Origin: Tubulanus polymorphus
Lineage: Eukaryota > Animalia > Nemertea
Assembly (NCBI RefSeq): GCF_964204645.1
Contig: NC_134028.1
Span: 25,354,345 to 25,418,344, forward strand
DNA length: 64,000 nt
Direction: 5' to 3'
Shown: one piece after another, positions 58,942 to 64,000 of the stretch
Layout: each line of letters begins with the position of its first letter
Numbering within the stretch: the first letter of the stretch is position 1
Program-made: the position numbers and the translations under genes
Notes under the pieces: generated by a model
Database searches by the model: none
What the model was told of the DNA's origin: nothing
What the model saw: the letters and a program-made list of their open reading frames with translations, nothing else

Positions 58942-60357
58942 CTGCATCAGCGAACGCACAGTGGCGAAAAACCGTACAAATGTGAATACTGCTCGAAGAG
59001 TTTCACGCAGAATGGATCGCTTAACCGTCATAAACTCAACAACCATAACATTATGACCAAACGACAATGGCAAAATCGGAGGCTACTCGATATCCCGACG
59101 GCTGTTCAAGACAACGGAACCGTGTTCCGACCGAGTGAATCGGCGAGTTTCACGGCGAACGCGCTCAGCGTCACCGGTTCGTTACCGCCGCATTTCTCGG
59201 TGGGAGCGGCGTCTGCCGTCGTAGCGCCGTCCGCGTCAACCACGTCGGTGGCGGCGATCGCGGCGCAAACGTTCGGAGATATGTCGCAGATCACGCGCTA
59301 CATGCAGGCATACCAGAACGCGAACGTCTCGGCGCAACACCCGACCGATTACAGCACGACGTCGTCTGCTAAACCGATCGACGCGTCTGCTTGGATGATA
59401 CACAAAACGAGCTCGTCGTTTGAAACGGCAGACGTCGTCAACGAACTAGAAATAATCAACAAAAACGATCTGAATCATCTTCACCACCATCATCATCATC
59501 ATCAACAACATCATCTTCATCATCAACAGCAACAACGTCGGCATTCGTTGCATTCGCCGACGACGTCTTTATCGTCGGAGCTAGCTCCCGTGGCTGCGCG
59601 GTCGCCTCCCACTCCGACACGCGGGAAAGACAGTCCGATTTATTCGTCGTCGAAAGATATCGGTAATTACGACGAGAGTATGGACACGCGACCGGCCGGA
59701 ATGTCGAGTCCGAACGATTACCTCGAGAAAAAGGAAGCGGAACGTTCAGACGTGATGTTCATCAGTCACGAATACGCCGGCGATTCACCCGACGTAAGAC
59801 AGCGTAACGGCGGCTCCGGCAGCGGCGACCGCGATCGTTTCAATTCTAGTCAGTCGGCCGAGAGCGGGTATATGAGCCCGCATACGAATACAGATACGGA
59901 CGATAATAACAGCATGGCGCCCGACGGGCACACAACGTCGACCGAGCAGGCGGTCGTACCGGCCGTGCGCACGATCAGCTCGCTACCGCGTATCACCGAC
60001 CCGATCAAACGACTCGGGCAGAAATCGCGTTCGGGCTCGCGCGAGAAACTCAGTTTGGACCAGACGATCTCGCGTCTGAGCGGGCGTATGTCGGTCGACA
60101 GTTCGTTGATGAGCACGCCTCCGCCGCCGCTGAAAGCGCTGAACGACTACTCTACGCACGAACTGTTGAGTCATCTACGCGTGAAAGGCAAAGCGCATCA
60201 CTGCGAACACTGTCAGATCTATTTCATCGACGCGGCGATGTACTACCTGCACCGCGGTACGCACGACCCGCACAATCCGTACATGTGCAGTCTGTGCGGC
60301 TTCCACGCGAAAGACAAGTACGAATTTTCGTCGCATTTTTTAGAGCATAGCAAATGA
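58942..60357 (+). CDS. Terminal coding exon of an Ikaros/Pegasus/Hunchback-type C2H2 zinc-finger transcription factor; 5' exons unresolved
   Basis: Acceptor tttgcag|CTG. Encodes [17 protein letters not shown]...HKLNNH, a poly-His tract, and the C-terminal pair [21 protein letters not shown] / [21 protein letters not shown], typical of Ikaros/Hunchback dimerisation fingers. Confidence 0.9.
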   Translation: MHQRTHSGEKPYKCEYCSKSFTQNGSLNRHKLNNHNIMTKRQWQNRRLLDIPTAVQDNGTVFRPSESASFTANALSVTGSLPPHFSVGAASAVVAPSASTTSVAAIAAQTFGDMSQITRYMQAYQNANVSAQHPTDYSTTSSAKPIDASAWMIHKTSSSFETADVVNELEIINKNDLNHLHHHHHHHQQHHLHHQQQQRRHSLHSPTTSLSSELAPVAARSPPTPTRGKDSPIYSSSKDIGNYDESMDTRPAGMSSPNDYLEKKEAERSDVMFISHEYAGDSPDVRQRNGGSGSGDRDRFNSSQSAESGYMSPHTNTDTDDNNSMAPDGHTTSTEQAVVPAVRTISSLPRITDPIKRLGQKSRSGSREKLSLDQTISRLSGRMSVDSSLMSTPPPPLKALNDYSTHELLSHLRVKGKAHHCEHCQIYFIDAAMYYLHRGTHDPHNPYMCSLCGFHAKDKYEFSSHFLEHSK

Positions 60358-61474
60358 ACGTCGGTGATTTTACACTGACTGACGAGAAAAACAAGTATTG
60401 GAAACCACCCGCGCCGGAACTTCCCGCGGAGACCACCCGCGCCGGAATATCCCGCGGAGACCGTATTCATTATTTTTTATACGTTTTACATAGTTCCCGC
60501 AGTACCGGGAAATCGGGGATTTCGAAATCATATTTCGCGGTTTTAAAATATTTGGGATCGAAATTCCTCTAATCCGGGAAATATATAAGAAATTCGTGGA
60601 GCATAGATCTGGGATTTGAATTCCTTACACATGGGTCACTTTCTTGAAAATCATCTTTATCAGCCAGTTACCATTAAAAACTCTCTTAGTAAGGTGATAT
60701 CTGTTCAGTTTTACGAAGCCCCATTCCGATAAATCACCCATGTACTACTTGGTAATTTTATGTATGTGTAACTGTGGGAACAATAATTTCAGTACCTGAC
60801 TAATGAGGTGATAGGCTTATAAGTTACTCTTCCACGGGCCGGGAAGGGGGTGGTTGTTGAAAGGGATGCCCGGTTTAGCCGGTGTTGTGAAAATCTAGAT
60901 TTATTTCCAGTATCAGTTGTTATTGAATTATTAGTATTTAGTAGAGATCTCAAGGTCGTTCGAAGTGATAATGTCGATAACGATTATCGTTTATGATATA
61001 TACGTTAATTAGCTGTGATTTTGAGAGAGTTCTAATTATCATTAACGCGATCGAGAATTTGAATTGTTGCCGTAGCCGTCGTCGTCGTAGCGACGTTGCG
61101 CTGTTTGTTGCTTTCTACAAATTTTAACCAATTTAACGTTTGACGAATCGAATTGTTGTTTTTACCGTGTGATATATTTGAAAGAAAAAAAAAACGACAA
61201 TTTACTGTTTGTAAATTATATGAACATTGTTAATTTATAATCTATGAAACTCGTTATGTTTTCACCCGCCGTTCAAATTCGTAAATTCGTCTCTACTTTT
61301 TTTTTGCGGCGGTACGATATTCGACCTTACGCGACCGTTTTGATCGGATGCGATTTATATTCGCGTTGAATGATCGTCTGATACGCCATCTAGCGATAGA
61401 AATAGAAATGTCGGGGTTGAAGTATGTGCGTGTATATGAGGGCATTTTAAAGGTGAATCAGTTCGGCGAACTGA

Positions 61475-61610
61475 GCCCCGATCCTGTTTTCGGGGCTTAT
61501 CACCTTCGTGGTACCCTCGGCCCCGATCCTGCATTCGGGGCTTATCACCTTCCGTGGTACCCTCGGCCCCGATCCCGCATTCGGGGCTTATCACCTTCCG
61601 TTGTACCCTG
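61475..61610. repeat. Three tandem 45-46-bp units, each containing a hairpin
   Basis: GCCCCGA-N8-TCGGGGC-TTATCACCTT..GTACCCT repeated three times. Confidence 0.9.
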
Positions 61611-62203
61611 TGCGCGTGAGTTAAAACTGTCTGTGCCAAAAACATAACCATGAAATGATAACGCACATCACGCGGTGTGCGAATTGTGTTTTTCGTTATC
61701 TAGTTGTCTGCATTTCAAAAAAAAAATGTTCTAAGCATTTATGTACGTCGATATTTTCTTGTACTATAGTTTAGTAGAACATGCATTTTTGTTTTTTATT
61801 CAAAGTCAAATTCCTACGTGTTTCAGATATGTATTAGAGTGCATTTCGTATAGGGAGCGCTGCCAAAACTGTGTTCGTCCCGATGTTGTTGTTATTATTT
61901 TTTTTTCAATTCGGACACCCGAGAATCGGCGTGCGGTATACAGAATGGGCAGTTAGTTCCTTCAACCGACCATCTTGAAAATAACGATTAAAATGACGTA
62001 TTATATGAATCGTTTAGAGAGTATATTTTTTAGATATTTTGTATACAGCATGAATATAGATAATGAGCACAGTGAAACTCGGTGATGTCGTCATAGTCGG
62101 GACAGTTGTTAGGTCAATGATCCGAACAATGACTTACACTTAGTAACGGTCAATCGTGATGCGTTCTAGAGAAGTTGCGTTGAACTGGTGTCGAATCAGT
62201 GTT

Positions 62204-62385
62204 ACATAAAGATAGACAGTACTTTAAAGGTTAACTAGATTTATTTAGAGTACGAGCTTTCGCTTCTAGTGCATATAGAAGATTCATCGGGTAAATTAGT
62301 GATGAAGCTACTACATGCACTAGTAGCGAAAGCTAGTACTCTGAAGAAATCTAGTTAACCTTCAAAGTACTGTCTATCTTCATGT
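62204..62385. repeat. About 180-bp foldback palindrome made of two inverted hammerhead-like units
   Basis: Arms of about 85 bp around a 12-nt loop; each arm contains (C/G)(C/T)GATGA-A-stem-GAAA-GC-T(C/A). Confidence 0.85.
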
Positions 62386-63623
62386 TTTACTCAGTAAATT
62401 GAATCGGAACAAGTCAGGACTCAATGAAAGTGATGTCTTATCATCCGATGACGACTTGACCTAGTTTGACTGTTGCATCGATCCCTAGATTTTCATTACG
62501 TTTTTACTGGAAGAGAATCGAAACGTATTTTGCTACATAGTGCTACAAGAATCGAGAATTTATTTCCTGACGATAGTGTTAGTTTGGTAAGTTATATCTT
62601 AACGGGGTAAAGATAGTGTTACTATTAGACCGTTATCCACTGATGAACCGTATGCATATTTTTCTAAAATTCTACTTCGAAGTTCAGTAATTCCCGTCAA
62701 TGTTCACCCCTTATCTATATCTCTCTCTCAACGGAGGACGGATTTTAGTCGTATGATTGTCAGTATCGTCTCAGGGGTTTGTGAAGAATTTCAGAATGGC
62801 TTACGATGTATAGCGAAACGTAGAACTTTGCATGACTTCTGTTTCGTGCTGGTGGAATATGGGTAAAATGAACGCACACATCGGGGGGAGGAGCTCCAGG
62901 GAGGCAGCATCTGAGGGTCTTGCCGAATTTTTTAGGGCAAATTGATTAAAAGGCGGGCATTTTGGCAGTGGAGACAAAATTGTGCCTTTGCATTATAAAG
63001 TAAGTGCAGAAAGTGTCTTTAGAAATAAATAGGGTTGTCTAAAGGTCTTATGCGATATTCTCACAGGGTTCAAAGCGCTTCCTTAAGTACCTAACAGTGA
63101 TTTCTTTTGAATAGATGTGAGTAAGGCCCTTAGAATGTGCTCACTTTTCGCAAAATATATCAAAAAGTGCTTACTTTTACAATTATTTGTTATGAAAAAT
63201 GTCACTTCTGCCTTTTAAAAGTTCTTACTTTTATTATAAAAAAGTGCTTTTGCCTCGGCCTTGACTCCTGAGAACCCTGTCATTAAAAACCCCTATATCC
63301 ACCCCTGTGAACAAAGATATGTATTCAAAATTATTTTTGAAATGCTGCTTCCATTTCGAGGCCTGTGATGAACCTTGAATTGCTCTTGTCCGATGTTTTA
63401 CTGCCATCGCATTCACTTGAAAATCTTTAGGAAACTCAGTAAAAACCGTGTTTGATAATTTGAAAGTTGCTTCCGATTTCTTCCTCAATTGAACAGTATT
63501 TGGGAACGTCATTCATTTTACTTTTTAAGAGCCAAACTATGAACTTGTAGAGAATGTAGACTTTAAAAAAATATGCATATGCTTGTTATTACCTGTGCTA
63601 ATCATTGGTGTGTTTAGAATAGT

Positions 63624-63835
63624 CATCCAACCTCGGCAGGGATTTCAACCTGATAGCATCCAGAAACATCGCCACGGTACAAATATCATTTATATATATA
63701 TATATATATCCATGGATTTACCACAGCCATTTCACAACAGGCAATACAAACCATCAGGCAGGGTCTTGTGCCATCCATGCCAGAGAGTCTCGCGATGCCC
63801 TCAGGTTTGAATCCCTATCCTGCCGAGGGAGGATG
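63624..63835. mobile_element. Diverged copy of the Mutator-like MITE at 17163
   Basis: CATCC...GGCAGGGATTTCAACCTGAT and TCAGGTTTGAATCCCT...GGAGGATG ends, with an internal (TA)n run. Confidence 0.75.
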
Positions 63836-64000
63836 TTCAAAAGTGTGTAAATGAAATGTTATGTGTAGATATGAAACAAATGTTTAAAAATGATGTATAT
63901 TTTGCCCTCGTTGTTGAATGTATTTTAGAAGTAAATGATATGAACATATTTTTGTGTAACAATGTAATAGTAATAGGTCTCACACATATCCTCATCAAAT

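Overview
Eukaryotic, intron-rich animal genomic DNA; it looks like a non-insect invertebrate, but the species cannot be determined from the sequence. Six protein-coding genes can be read: an intronless Ras-family GTPase of the DIRAS/RASD type (-), a 31-exon ABCC1/MRP1-like transporter (+), an uncharacterised multi-exon gene that may be ciliary (+), phosphomannomutase PMM (8 exons, -), NudE/NDE1-NDEL1 (+), and the last exon of an Ikaros/Hunchback-type zinc-finger gene (+). Introns and intergenic DNA carry many MITE-like inverted-repeat elements, micro- and minisatellites and a Penelope-like GIY-YIG relic. The most interesting observations are: (i) several minimal hammerhead-ribozyme-like motifs, two sets of them in back-to-back inverted pairs; (ii) a zinc-finger exon that starts mid-finger, with no N-terminal half found and several candidate short leader exons; (iii) a set of candidate alternative last exons for NudE; (iv) a MITE with tRNA-like termini whose 9-bp target duplication copies a splice donor; (v) ABCC1-PMM-NudE linkage resembling human 16p13. 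No CRISPR array, rRNA or intact tRNA was found. All exon boundaries were read by eye.
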